From Candidatus Latescibacterota bacterium (GTDB lineage: Bacteria; Latescibacterota; UBA2968): DNA of 64,000 bases. Shown in pieces: positions 36,537 through 45,693 of this stretch. The notes below the pieces were generated by a model that made no database searches, was not told the origin of the DNA, and worked only from the letters and a program-made list of their open reading frames with translations. The stretch spans positions 3,840,001-3,904,000 of the forward strand of contig OZ241986.1 in the NCBI GenBank assembly GCA_965204375.1. Reading direction: 5' to 3'. The position numbers and the translations under genes are program-made. How positions within the stretch are numbered: the stretch's first letter is position 1; every line of letters starts with the position of its first letter.

Positions 36537-37295
36537 TCACATCACGACTTTTTCCCGCCCGCCAATCGATGGCGGCTCCATAATCCGTCGCTGTTGATCT
36601 GTCACATTGGGATAATCGTCGGGATCGTAATAATTCTGCGACCACGCCGAATGCCCCGGACTAAATTTATACAGCAATGAACGGCGCTCGTGCTCGCCTT
36701 CCCAGGGCATTGTTCCGTGCACCAGTGCCTCCGTAAAAATGATCATATCCCCAGCTTCTGCTTCGGGCTGATGTACATAGTGCGCCGGTCGCTCAAAATT
36801 GCGCACATCGCTGGGAATATTGACAAAATTGCTCTTATGCGACCCGGGAACACATGCAAAGCCGCCATCCCCTTTGCGCGCGGGCGCAAGATTATACGTA
36901 AACACCGTCAACCCATTGCGCATCACGCCATCGTGGTACTTGTACCAGTGATCGCCCGGCACACCTGCCTGCAATGATGGCCCACCGTGCAATCGCCCGC
37001 GCCTCGCGCCCTTCTTCATAAAAATGCAATAATCGTGATCCACGCGAAACGTCGGTCCCAACAACTCAATCATATACGGCAACGCATTGGGATGATCAAA
37101 CAACGCCTGCGTCTCGGGACCCCACATCGAAACGCGACTCGTGCGGCGATGGCCCTCTTTCTCGTCGGCAGGAGCGGCCCATACCTCATCGGCCAACTTA
37201 TTCAGCGCATCCACCTCATCCGCACTCAGCACATCTTTAACAACCAAAAATCCCTGCAAATCAAATCGAAACTTCTCTTCTTTTGTCATACCCAT
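36537..37295 (-). CDS. PhyH-family Fe(II)/2OG enzyme, HxG variant
   Basis: FDLQGFL, LHGG, VPGSHKSN and FTEALVHG...RR. Confidence 0.85.
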   Translation of the reverse strand: MGMTKEEKFRFDLQGFLVVKDVLSADEVDALNKLADEVWAAPADEKEGHRRTSRVSMWGPETQALFDHPNALPYMIELLGPTFRVDHDYCIFMKKGARRGRLHGGPSLQAGVPGDHWYKYHDGVMRNGLTVFTYNLAPARKGDGGFACVPGSHKSNFVNIPSDVRNFERPAHYVHQPEAEAGDMIIFTEALVHGTMPWEGEHERRSLLYKFSPGHSAWSQNYYDPDDYPNVTDQQRRIMEPPSIGGREKVVM

Positions 37296-37347
37296 CAAAT
37301 CGCTCCTTTTTTGACTTTGAGGTAATTCATGACAGACAACTGTTTCT

Positions 37348-37896
37348 TCACACTTCGTCGCGCTCGTCCAAAAAATCCATAATTGCCGGTGTGGCGACCT
37401 CAATAAAACGCCTGAGCGTATCCGCCAGAGCGTTGGCGAACTCATCGTTCAGTGTATTACTACCAAAATTAACCGCGACTCGTCCCCATCTATTACGCTG
37501 TCTTAGTCTTTGGTCTTCGTGGATATCCAGATTATTCACAAAACTTTTCAATGACTTGCTTTTACCATCAGAAAGACCGCCGATTTGCCCGTATTTGTTC
37601 TCGCCATATCTGATTGCAACGAGTGCATTGCTACAGGATGCCGTCTTAGATGGATCGTCGAATGTCATTTCGATTTCATAGCACAGGGCCCGCCAGTTTT
37701 CCCATGGCCGCTCTGAATACCATAAGTGATAGCAGAGGGGTTTTTTGCCCTCTTCCTCTATGCCAAAGGGAGCCATGCCATTATTACCTTTGCTATTCTT
37801 ATCTGGTCGTTTGATTTCGTCAGGCAAACCATCTTTTGCCAGATCGCTAACTTCTTCGAAAAAGCATAGAACGTTCTTGCGTAACCTCTCATTCAT
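37348..37896 (-). CDS. Hypothetical protein
   Basis: 182-aa co-oriented ORF with no recognised family. Confidence 0.55.
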   Translation of the reverse strand: MNERLRKNVLCFFEEVSDLAKDGLPDEIKRPDKNSKGNNGMAPFGIEEEGKKPLCYHLWYSERPWENWRALCYEIEMTFDDPSKTASCSNALVAIRYGENKYGQIGGLSDGKSKSLKSFVNNLDIHEDQRLRQRNRWGRVAVNFGSNTLNDEFANALADTLRRFIEVATPAIMDFLDERDEV

Positions 37897-37980
37897 CTGG
37901 TTCCCTTTCTTGATTGTGGTGCGTATTTGACTTCACCTCAATGAAGATATTTCTCGCCTTTTCACATTGTTCCAGAGTTC

Positions 37981-38370
37981 TCAATTTCGCTCACAAATAT
38001 GCTCTCTCAACCATTCGACAAGTTGCTCGCGGGAAACTTTTCCTGATGCGAGGCCCAAAATGATTTGTTCTTGAATATCTACGGTAGCATCAATTCTATA
38101 TCCATTAGAACGCAAGAATACTGCCATTGCAGCATGCCCCACCCGTTTATTTCCATCCACAAAGGGGTGATTCCCAATCAAAGAAAAACACAAGGCTGCC
38201 GCCTTTTCTATAACGGTAGGATAGAGATCCTGTCCCCCAAACGTCATAAGGGGTTGTGCGATAGCCGATTCCAGTCCACCAGGATCGCGTATCCCCGCAG
38301 ATCCGCCACTTGTTTGAATAATATGATTGTGAAGTGCTAATATTTGATCTAAATTGATATGATTCATCAA
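37981..38370 (-). CDS. Fic/Doc death-on-curing family toxin
   Basis: G.RD.G.LESA.A.P, KAAAL..SLI.NHPFVDGNKR. Confidence 0.9.
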   Translation of the reverse strand: MMNHINLDQILALHNHIIQTSGGSAGIRDPGGLESAIAQPLMTFGGQDLYPTVIEKAAALCFSLIGNHPFVDGNKRVGHAAMAVFLRSNGYRIDATVDIQEQIILGLASGKVSREQLVEWLREHICERN

Positions 38371-39494
38371 CTTAGCCTTTTGTATAGTTCGCTATTTTCC
38401 TTGAGTACCTGTTCACAGATATCCTTAAATCTCTGTTTCTCAAAAAATTTAACAGGATCATCAAAACTCTGTCCTCGAAATACACCGTTTTTAAAAAAAT
38501 TAATGGTATCATCTTTTATCTGACAATACGATCCAAGACCACCTGCCCTGAAACCCAAATGATGACCAATGACAATGCGTATGATCTCGGGGACTACGGC
38601 AGCAACTATGTTAAAGGTATATCTTTTGGACTGCTCATTATCAAGTCCTTTTAGCTCTGGTATCCGACCAGTGTGCGTCAGGACATTACGCACCCGATCA
38701 ACATATCGAACCCGGGTCTCTTGTTCAGGTACTGGCGACGAATCTATAATCTCAAGTGATTGCAGGAGCGAAAATAATTTATCTAATAAAGATGGGCCAC
38801 GATCAATCTGACCACTTAGCAAATTTTTATACCGTTCCACTTGGTCTGGTTGAAGTCCTTTTGTTTTTGTAAGGACATCGCTTATCTCATTTTTAAGTTT
38901 CTTACGGATAGGCTTGCTGACCTTTTCATAGGCCATCTCATGCTGGTCGAGAACAATGTTGAGTGCCGTGCAGTAAGAAGCCGCGCGTAATTGCAGGATA
39001 TTGGTGTTCATTGCCTGATTGTATAACAGCAAAGCAAAATGCAAATTTTTCGATACTAAGGATTCCCTATTTTGCCAGGCAAGTGCTGCTGCACGCAAGG
39101 TCTCAATTTGAGCCACAGCATAATCACCATATCCATCTGGGCGAACCCTCTCACGGTATTCTTCTGTTGCTACGTTTCTACCCGTCAAAAAAGTGAGCAA
39201 ATTGCATAAATCCCACAGTCCTCCATCGTCGGCTACCCTGTCGAGAAGAATACTCTTTTCTCCAGCCCCTTCCCAAGACACAGTTGCCGTGGCATGCCAG
39301 GTACCTGTTTTTGCCGACGAGCGTTGTAGTCCTGTTTCATCGAGAGTCAACATTGGAGGTTGAGGCAGTTGAGAAACCTTATCATTGTAATCATCTGTGA
39401 GACGCACCTTAAGACAGCCGATACTGCTCTCTGACCATGGGGGGCCGGGACGTGAATCGCCCATATAGAGATTGAAGAGGTCAATTGTTTTCAT
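38367..39494 (-). CDS. ApeA-like/HEPN-motif protein with a Doc-antitoxin-like C-terminal tail
   Basis: LL.FLTG and RNVLTH (Rx4H, 38690-38673). Ends FKDICEQVLKENSELYKRLS. ATGA overlap with doc. Confidence 0.6.
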   Translation of the reverse strand: MKTIDLFNLYMGDSRPGPPWSESSIGCLKVRLTDDYNDKVSQLPQPPMLTLDETGLQRSSAKTGTWHATATVSWEGAGEKSILLDRVADDGGLWDLCNLLTFLTGRNVATEEYRERVRPDGYGDYAVAQIETLRAAALAWQNRESLVSKNLHFALLLYNQAMNTNILQLRAASYCTALNIVLDQHEMAYEKVSKPIRKKLKNEISDVLTKTKGLQPDQVERYKNLLSGQIDRGPSLLDKLFSLLQSLEIIDSSPVPEQETRVRYVDRVRNVLTHTGRIPELKGLDNEQSKRYTFNIVAAVVPEIIRIVIGHHLGFRAGGLGSYCQIKDDTINFFKNGVFRGQSFDDPVKFFEKQRFKDICEQVLKENSELYKRLS

Positions 39495-39559
39495 ATTTAT
39501 TCCCTCTGGATTACTGGCGTCATGCTGGCGCGTGGCGGCTTACACCCTGCCGCAATGAC

Positions 39560-39583
39560 GGGCGAGGCATGCCTCGCCCCTAC
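39560..39583 (-). repeat. GTAG-type REP palindrome
   Basis: Minus strand reads GTAG-GGGCGAGGCATGCCTCGCCC, a perfect 20-bp palindrome. Confidence 0.7.
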
Positions 39584-39631
39584 GCAGTTGTACCGCTCGA
39601 AACCTGCTATGGACCACTGCCTGCTGATTGG

Positions 39632-40429
39632 CTACAGATTGTCAACAGCATAAACAGCTTTCTCTATCTGTTCCTCTCCGACGGTTTTGACATTAGCATC
39701 AGAACCGAGCAACAGGGCCACATCGCAAATATTATTTATATCTCGCGGAACACCATTGGACGCTTGATAGAGCGCGTCGAGCGCGTCCTCGTCGAACAGG
39801 GATCGATCGGCTCCCGCTTTTTCCAGACGTGTTTGCACATAAGACAGGGTTTCTTCGCGCTTGAGCGGTGCGAGGTGATATTGCCGTGCGACCTGTTGTC
39901 CCAATGCCCCAACGCCCGCGATCCGACCCACGAGACCTGCCTGTCCAACGAGAAGAAGGGTAAGAAAAAAACGCCCATTGCGTTGAAAGCTGAACAGAGA
40001 TTGCAACGCTTCAAATGTATTGTCGTCTTCTATTGCATGGGCATCATCGACAATGACGACCGTATATTTGCCCGCATTGGCACTTTTGACAGCCTGAACC
40101 TCAAGTGCGCGTTGCAATTTTCCGTTCGATTGGTCCTCAACGCCCAATTGCCCGAGCATATCCCGCAGAAAGTCTTCCGGCGAAAGACCAGGTCTATCCA
40201 TAAGTGCGATCTTATACCTGTCGGATGACAGTTCCTGGATGAGCATGCGACTCACAACGGTTTTGCCACAGCCCGTGTCGCCCGTGAGCACGGCAGCCCC
40301 CATGCGGTTATTGATCGCGTAAAACATTTGCAACAATGCCCTCTGGTGATCTCTCGAAGAATAAAAAAAACGCGGATCCGGCACATTTTCAAACGGCAAT
40401 TCTGTCAGATTCCAATATTTATCGTACAC
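39632..40429 (-). CDS. ExeA/GspA-like AAA ATPase (ATPase domain only)
   Basis: PF.N.PDPRFFY, GDTGCGKT, VDDAH, LVGQ and SNGVPRDINNICD.ALL. Confidence 0.85.
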   Translation of the reverse strand: MYDKYWNLTELPFENVPDPRFFYSSRDHQRALLQMFYAINNRMGAAVLTGDTGCGKTVVSRMLIQELSSDRYKIALMDRPGLSPEDFLRDMLGQLGVEDQSNGKLQRALEVQAVKSANAGKYTVVIVDDAHAIEDDNTFEALQSLFSFQRNGRFFLTLLLVGQAGLVGRIAGVGALGQQVARQYHLAPLKREETLSYVQTRLEKAGADRSLFDEDALDALYQASNGVPRDINNICDVALLLGSDANVKTVGEEQIEKAVYAVDNL

Positions 40430-40695
40430 GGTCTCAATCCCTTATTTTAAGTCCGACCATAGATCTTATAAACCTATCGGAATAGTGGTTTAACACTACT
40501 TTTTATCGCAATTCAATATAGTTATCTCAAACGGTCTGTGTCAAGTAATCGGCAAAGCGATTTAAGTGTTTCCCGGCGTTTTATACAACGCGGAGACATT
40601 GACACAAAATACTTTGACGGAACGTATCCAAACCCTATATTTTGCTGCACTGCACTGGTGACACATCTATTTTGACTTTCATTTTGGAGATCTGT

Positions 40696-42192
40696 ATGGC
40701 CTGGTGGCAATCCGTTTTGCTGGCCACTTACAGCCTCGTGTTTGCATTGCTGATGCTCGTAAGCCTGCATCGACACTTGATGGTACACCTTTACTATAAG
40801 CACCGTCGCAAACAGCCCATTCCCCGCGGCACCTTTGATGAATTACCCTTTGTGACAGTGCAATTGCCCATATTTAATGAACGCTATGTGGTCGAGCGAC
40901 TAATTCGCGCCGTCGCCAAAATGGATTATCCAACCGACCGTCTCGAAATTCAGGTTTTAGACGACTCGACCGATGAAACAACCGCAATTGCCAGGCAGTG
41001 CGTTGATGAACTTCGACATTCGGGACTGAATATCGCGCTGATACACCGCAAAACGCGCACCGGGTATAAAGCCGGTGCGCTCGCAGAGGGATTGCGGGTT
41101 GCACGCGGTGAATTGATCGCAATTTTTGACGCCGATTTTCTGCCGCCACCAGACTTTTTGAACAAAACCATTCCGTATTTCGTCGAACCGCAGGTCGGCA
41201 TGGTTCAGACGCGCTGGGGGCATCTGAATCGGGATTACTCCATTTTGACACGCGTACAGGCCATCTATCTCGACGGCCATTTTGTTATGGAACACGGTGC
41301 CCGAAGCCGCTCGGGCTTGTTTTTCAATTTTAACGGCACAGCAGGTGTCTGGCGTCGGGCTTGTATCGACGAAGCCGGTGGCTGGCAGCACGATACCCTG
41401 ACCGAAGACCTCGACTTGAGCTATCGCGCGCAATTGGCGGGCTGGCAATTTGTCTATCTCGCAGATACCGTAACGCCGGCCGAAATCCCCGTGGAAGTAA
41501 ATGCCTGGAAATCACAGCAATTTCGGTGGGCAAAAGGCTCTGTTCAAACCGCAAAAAAAACACTGAAGACCCTGTTGCAAAGTCATCTTCCATGGCGCGT
41601 AAAGGGCGAAGCCGCTTTTCATCTGGTAACCAATTTTGCATATTGTTTGATGGCAATGATCGCCATTCTCATTTTTCCCGCGATTGTTCTGCGGGAAGAC
41701 CTGGGATGGCTCAGGGTATTGATAATCGACTTTCCCCTCTTTGTAGGCGCAACAGGTGTGATCTCGAGATACTACATCCACTCGCAGCGAGAAATATATT
41801 CGGATTGGAAATCGCGCATCCTGTATTTGCCATTTGTACTCGCCCTGGGCATGGGGATTTCATTGAACAACGCGCGCGGAGTGATTCAAGCTCTGCGAGG
41901 GCACGAGACCGCATTTAATCGCACCCCTAAATACCGCGTTATCGGCAGGAATGGAAATTGGTATCGCAAAAATTACGCCCTGAAAAAAAATATAACTGCA
42001 TTTTTGGAAATTGGACTCGGTCTTTATTTGCTGGGCGCCATGGCGTATTCGATTGCGAAAGGGCTGTATTTCCCCGTACCATTCCTGATTTTGTTTGCCG
42101 CTGGTTTTTTTTATGTGGGGGGAATGTCTTTATTCCAGGGCATTTGGGCAAAAATACATTCGCAAGCAATTGAAGTCGCAGAAGCAAACTAA
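40696..42192 (+). CDS. GT2 cellulose-synthase-like (CslA-like) glycosyltransferase
   Basis: VTVQLPIFNE, DDSTD, KAGAL, FDADF, TED and QQFRW, plus TM helices. Confidence 0.9.
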   Translation: MAWWQSVLLATYSLVFALLMLVSLHRHLMVHLYYKHRRKQPIPRGTFDELPFVTVQLPIFNERYVVERLIRAVAKMDYPTDRLEIQVLDDSTDETTAIARQCVDELRHSGLNIALIHRKTRTGYKAGALAEGLRVARGELIAIFDADFLPPPDFLNKTIPYFVEPQVGMVQTRWGHLNRDYSILTRVQAIYLDGHFVMEHGARSRSGLFFNFNGTAGVWRRACIDEAGGWQHDTLTEDLDLSYRAQLAGWQFVYLADTVTPAEIPVEVNAWKSQQFRWAKGSVQTAKKTLKTLLQSHLPWRVKGEAAFHLVTNFAYCLMAMIAILIFPAIVLREDLGWLRVLIIDFPLFVGATGVISRYYIHSQREIYSDWKSRILYLPFVLALGMGISLNNARGVIQALRGHETAFNRTPKYRVIGRNGNWYRKNYALKKNITAFLEIGLGLYLLGAMAYSIAKGLYFPVPFLILFAAGFFYVGGMSLFQGIWAKIHSQAIEVAEAN

Positions 42193-42213
42193 AAACAAAG
42201 GCGGAATGGGTAT

Positions 42214-43068
42214 ATGGCAACGCGACTCAACAATCCATACCTCTGGGCCTATACCGCAGCCATACTGCTGCACATCCTGTTCCTGCTCATAGAGAACCCG
42301 CTGTGGCGGGCTGCGATCATTGTGCCGCAGACAGAAAAAATATCTGCATCACCGCCCCTGACATTTGAATTTGTCGATGTGCCCCAAAATCGAGACGATG
42401 CGCCGCCCGAAGAAACGCCATTGCTCGCAGAGCGCGATAACATCTCTCGCGATCAACAGACGGCCCCCTTGCCCGAAAGCCACTTGCCATTTTCTGATGG
42501 CATATCACAGGCAAAAAATATAGCGGCGTCAGCGCCGGGCAGGCCGCGCAGTGAGACACAAAGCGCAGACCGTACGCAGGAAACCACCGACAGCCCCTTT
42601 AGCTTTGTGGATGTGTTGCAGAAAAATCCCGAAGAAGCGCGAAAAGAGCGAGAACGCGCGGTGCTGGGCGGGGAATTGCCCCAATCGCGCATAGACATGG
42701 ACAACAGCAAAACCCGTGCACTCGAACGCGGGGGATTGCAACTGAGCACGTATGCCTGGAATTTCGCGCCCTATATGAAATATCTCAAGCGACATATTGA
42801 CCGTCATATATATCCGCCCCGCGCATTCGAGTTGGGTATGATCGACGGCATGACCAGAGTGAAATTCAGAATCTGGCGCGATGGTCGGCTCGAAGGACCC
42901 GAATTGATCGACTATAAGGGCCATGACCTGTTGCGCGATACGAGTCTGAAGGCTGTTGAACTATCGGCACCATTCAAGGCATTGCCACCCGATTTCCCGG
43001 ATGAGTACCTCGACATTACGGGTACTTTTGAATATTTAATTTTTGGAAAAGGACAAAGGCGACAATAA
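42214..43068 (+). CDS. TonB-family energy transducer
   Basis: N-terminal TM with SxxxH-like ILLH and a TonB_C-like C-terminus (F.I..DG.L...APF..LP). Precedes exbBD. Confidence 0.75.
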   Translation: MATRLNNPYLWAYTAAILLHILFLLIENPLWRAAIIVPQTEKISASPPLTFEFVDVPQNRDDAPPEETPLLAERDNISRDQQTAPLPESHLPFSDGISQAKNIAASAPGRPRSETQSADRTQETTDSPFSFVDVLQKNPEEARKERERAVLGGELPQSRIDMDNSKTRALERGGLQLSTYAWNFAPYMKYLKRHIDRHIYPPRAFELGMIDGMTRVKFRIWRDGRLEGPELIDYKGHDLLRDTSLKAVELSAPFKALPPDFPDEYLDITGTFEYLIFGKGQRRQ

Positions 43069-43069
43069 T

Positions 43070-43696
43070 ATGGTCTGGGCACTATTTGAACAGGGTGGTC
43101 TCATGATGTATCCTCTGACCTTGTGCTCAGTACTGGCTTTGGGCATTGCAATTGAGCGCGGGTTTGCACTGCGCCGTCGCACCGTCATCCGGCCCGAAAT
43201 CGTCAGTGTAATCGACAATATTCAAGGACCGGATGACATCGGATTGGCTTTAAACGTCTGTCGGCAGCACAAAGGGCCTTTCTCCGCGGTAATGCGCGCG
43301 GGGTTAGACAATCGCCATTTGTCCTTAGAAGAGGTCCGGGAAAGTATTCTGGATCAGGGCCGTCAGGAAATGGGCGTATTGCAAAAGGGACTGGTGGTAC
43401 TGGAGACCGTAGCGGGAGTTTCGCCGCTTTTGGGACTTCTGGGCACTGTTCTGGGCATGATTAAAGTTTTTCAACAGGTTTCAGAAGTGGGCGTAGGACA
43501 GGCCAATCTCCTGGCAGGGGGCATTTCCGAAGCAATTCTAACGACTGCTGCTGGACTTTTTATTGCGATTCCATCACTCGTATTTTTCAATTTATACAGC
43601 AGTCGCGCAGAAAGCCTCATCCTGGAAATTGAGAAATACGCCAATACCCTTCTGAAAAAGCTCCGGGGGTTTCAAGGCTCCGAAGGTGAACAGTGA
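43070..43696 (+). CDS. exbB: MotA/TolQ/ExbB proton channel
   Basis: PLLGLLGTV.GMI..F and GISEA..TTA.GL.IAIP. Confidence 0.88.
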   Translation: MVWALFEQGGLMMYPLTLCSVLALGIAIERGFALRRRTVIRPEIVSVIDNIQGPDDIGLALNVCRQHKGPFSAVMRAGLDNRHLSLEEVRESILDQGRQEMGVLQKGLVVLETVAGVSPLLGLLGTVLGMIKVFQQVSEVGVGQANLLAGGISEAILTTAAGLFIAIPSLVFFNLYSSRAESLILEIEKYANTLLKKLRGFQGSEGEQ

Positions 43697-44106
43697 TGCG
43701 AATGCAAATGCCCCTCAAGCGCCGCCCTGCCATCAACGTGACCTCTTTGATAGACGTCCTGTTTTTATTGCTTACATTTTTTCTTGTAACCACGCAATTT
43801 ATCGATCAATCCGCGCTCAAAGTCGAACTACCCGCCATGGAACACGCGGAAAAAACACAACACGCGAGGCGTTATATTCTCAATGTATCGGCAGATGGTC
43901 AAATGGCATTGGATGGTCAGATCGTCGATCAATCGACATTGCGGGAATTATTAAAACAACACGCGGCTGATATCGATGAAAGTGGGGGTCTCATTTTGCG
44001 AGCAGACCGCCAATTGCCTTATGGCGATGTGATGTCGATTCTGGACCTCGTCAGAGGTGTGGGAATCAGACGGATCACCAATGCCACAGCGGAACCCGAT
44101 AAATAG
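43693..44106 (+). CDS. exbD: ExbD/TolR biopolymer transporter
   Basis: INVTSLIDVLFLLL.FF and RAD..LPYG.V. Confidence 0.9.
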   Translation: MMRMQMPLKRRPAINVTSLIDVLFLLLTFFLVTTQFIDQSALKVELPAMEHAEKTQHARRYILNVSADGQMALDGQIVDQSTLRELLKQHAADIDESGGLILRADRQLPYGDVMSILDLVRGVGIRRITNATAEPDK

Positions 44107-44132
44107 CGGTTTTAGTCTAAGAGGTCGGAACA

Positions 44133-44741
44133 ATGCGCGATTCCAAATCGTCCAATTTTTCACATATTGAAGATATCCAAATCGTCGCCCGGGTCTTAGA
44201 AGGCAACACAGAGGCTTTCTCTTTGCTGGTACAGCGACACCATGAGCGTGTGTACAATGCGGTTTACAGCCTTATTGGCGATCTCGACGAAGCCGACGAT
44301 TTGGCGCAAGAAGCATTTCTCAAGGCATTTCGCGCCCTGAATCGATTTCGGGGACAATCGCTATTTTCAACATGGTTGCATCGCATCGCTGTCAATTGCT
44401 GCTTAGATCACCTCAAATCCAGACATCGGCGCAGCTTTGTTTCTCTGGATGAACATCGAGAAACTTGGGACGCGCCGCGCATCTGGGCGGGTCAGCCCCA
44501 AAATGCAGATATGCGCGTTGAACGGCGGGAACTTCAAGAAATCCTCAAACGCGCCCTGGATGATCTATCGGAAGAATACCGCGTGACCTTTGTTTTGAGA
44601 GAAATTGAAGGTCTGACCTATGAAGAAATTGCCGAATTGCTCAACTGCTCAATAGGAACCGTTAAGTCTCGCCTGTTTCGAGGGCGAACAAAACTCCGCG
44701 AAATTTTGCAGGTTCAATACGACAACTGGATTGAGGCGTGA
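44133..44741 (+). CDS. ECF sigma factor (RpoE-like)
   Basis: DLAQEAFLKA, F.TWL.RIA.N and YEEIA....GTVKSRL.R. Confidence 0.92.
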   Translation: MRDSKSSNFSHIEDIQIVARVLEGNTEAFSLLVQRHHERVYNAVYSLIGDLDEADDLAQEAFLKAFRALNRFRGQSLFSTWLHRIAVNCCLDHLKSRHRRSFVSLDEHRETWDAPRIWAGQPQNADMRVERRELQEILKRALDDLSEEYRVTFVLREIEGLTYEEIAELLNCSIGTVKSRLFRGRTKLREILQVQYDNWIEA

Positions 44742-45217
44742 ATATGGACGCAGACAACACCATTGACATCAACCGCGAATTGTTGTCGGCTTATCTCGAC
44801 GATGCGCTGACAGAAGCAGATCGAGCCAGAGTTGAGATACTCTTGCGCACATCTGACAGTCTCAGGCGTGAACTGGCCGAGATGGTGCGCGTGCGTCAAC
44901 TATTTGCCGCCTGGTCTCCACCTGCACCCGACCGTTTTTTTGTGCGGCGTGTAGATATAAAAGTCCAGGAAGAAGTGGCGCGAATGAAGAACCGATGGGG
45001 ATTTCAAAAATTCGCCACTGCCGCAATGGTGCTGATCTCCATTGGCTCGCTGGCATTTTTGACCCAGCGCCTGGACAGAAATGTTGAACCTGTCACGCTG
45101 GATGCTTTTTTACAGGGTTCGCTCGACCGCGAGGTTCGAGAAGTTGTGAGTTTGACCGAAGATGATTTTTCCAAAGACCGCGTACTCGACCTCGTCTTAT
45201 CCGACAACACGCGTTAG
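44738..45217 (+). CDS. Transmembrane anti-sigma factor
   Basis: ELLSAYLDD.L N-terminus and a central TM. Coupled to the sigma gene. Confidence 0.8.
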   Translation: MNMDADNTIDINRELLSAYLDDALTEADRARVEILLRTSDSLRRELAEMVRVRQLFAAWSPPAPDRFFVRRVDIKVQEEVARMKNRWGFQKFATAAMVLISIGSLAFLTQRLDRNVEPVTLDAFLQGSLDREVREVVSLTEDDFSKDRVLDLVLSDNTR

Positions 45218-45229
45218 AAGGTTTTTATT

Positions 45230-45616
45230 ATGTTTATTTCGCGTTTCCGCTTTACATGCCTGATCGTCTTGTGTTTATTACTCGGCGCGGTGATAGGGAC
45301 TGTTTACGAAAGTCTTGCGTCTGGTAATTCTGGAAAAAGGCGAGTGCGCATGTCTGAAATGGTGGCAAATCTCGACCTGTCAGATAAACAGAAAGCGCAA
45401 CTGGACACAATCCTCGAGGAAGGGCGCAAATGCATGGTCGATATCAACACGACCTACCGCTCTGAGTTTGGAAAAGTGAGAAACACAACTCGCGCTCAAA
45501 TTCGGGAAATTTTGACACCTGACCAGCGAAAAGAATTTGATGAGATGATGGCCGAACAAGAGGCTCGGCGGCGTACCCAGCACAGAAACAGGATTCACAG
45601 CAATAAAGCCGAGTGA
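45230..45616 (+). CDS. Spy/CpxP-like (LTxxQ) periplasmic protein
   Basis: LDLSDKQ...ILTPDQ with an N-terminal signal/TM. Confidence 0.7.
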   Translation: MFISRFRFTCLIVLCLLLGAVIGTVYESLASGNSGKRRVRMSEMVANLDLSDKQKAQLDTILEEGRKCMVDINTTYRSEFGKVRNTTRAQIREILTPDQRKEFDEMMAEQEARRRTQHRNRIHSNKAE

Positions 45617-45693
45617 TAAAGAATTTTGTGCAAAAATAAGTGAGTAATTGTTTACTTTCTTTTAATTTTTATAAGTTTTGAGAAGACGGAGGG

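Noticed and set aside
37897-37980. IFIEVKS nuclease-like peptide between doc and the 182-aa ORF
   Set aside because: Very short, has no start codon and could be chance.
44091-44120. GGAACCC-N18-TCTAA, possible ECF autoregulatory promoter
   Set aside because: The spacer is long and the -10 lies only 12 nt from the ATG; too weak to call.
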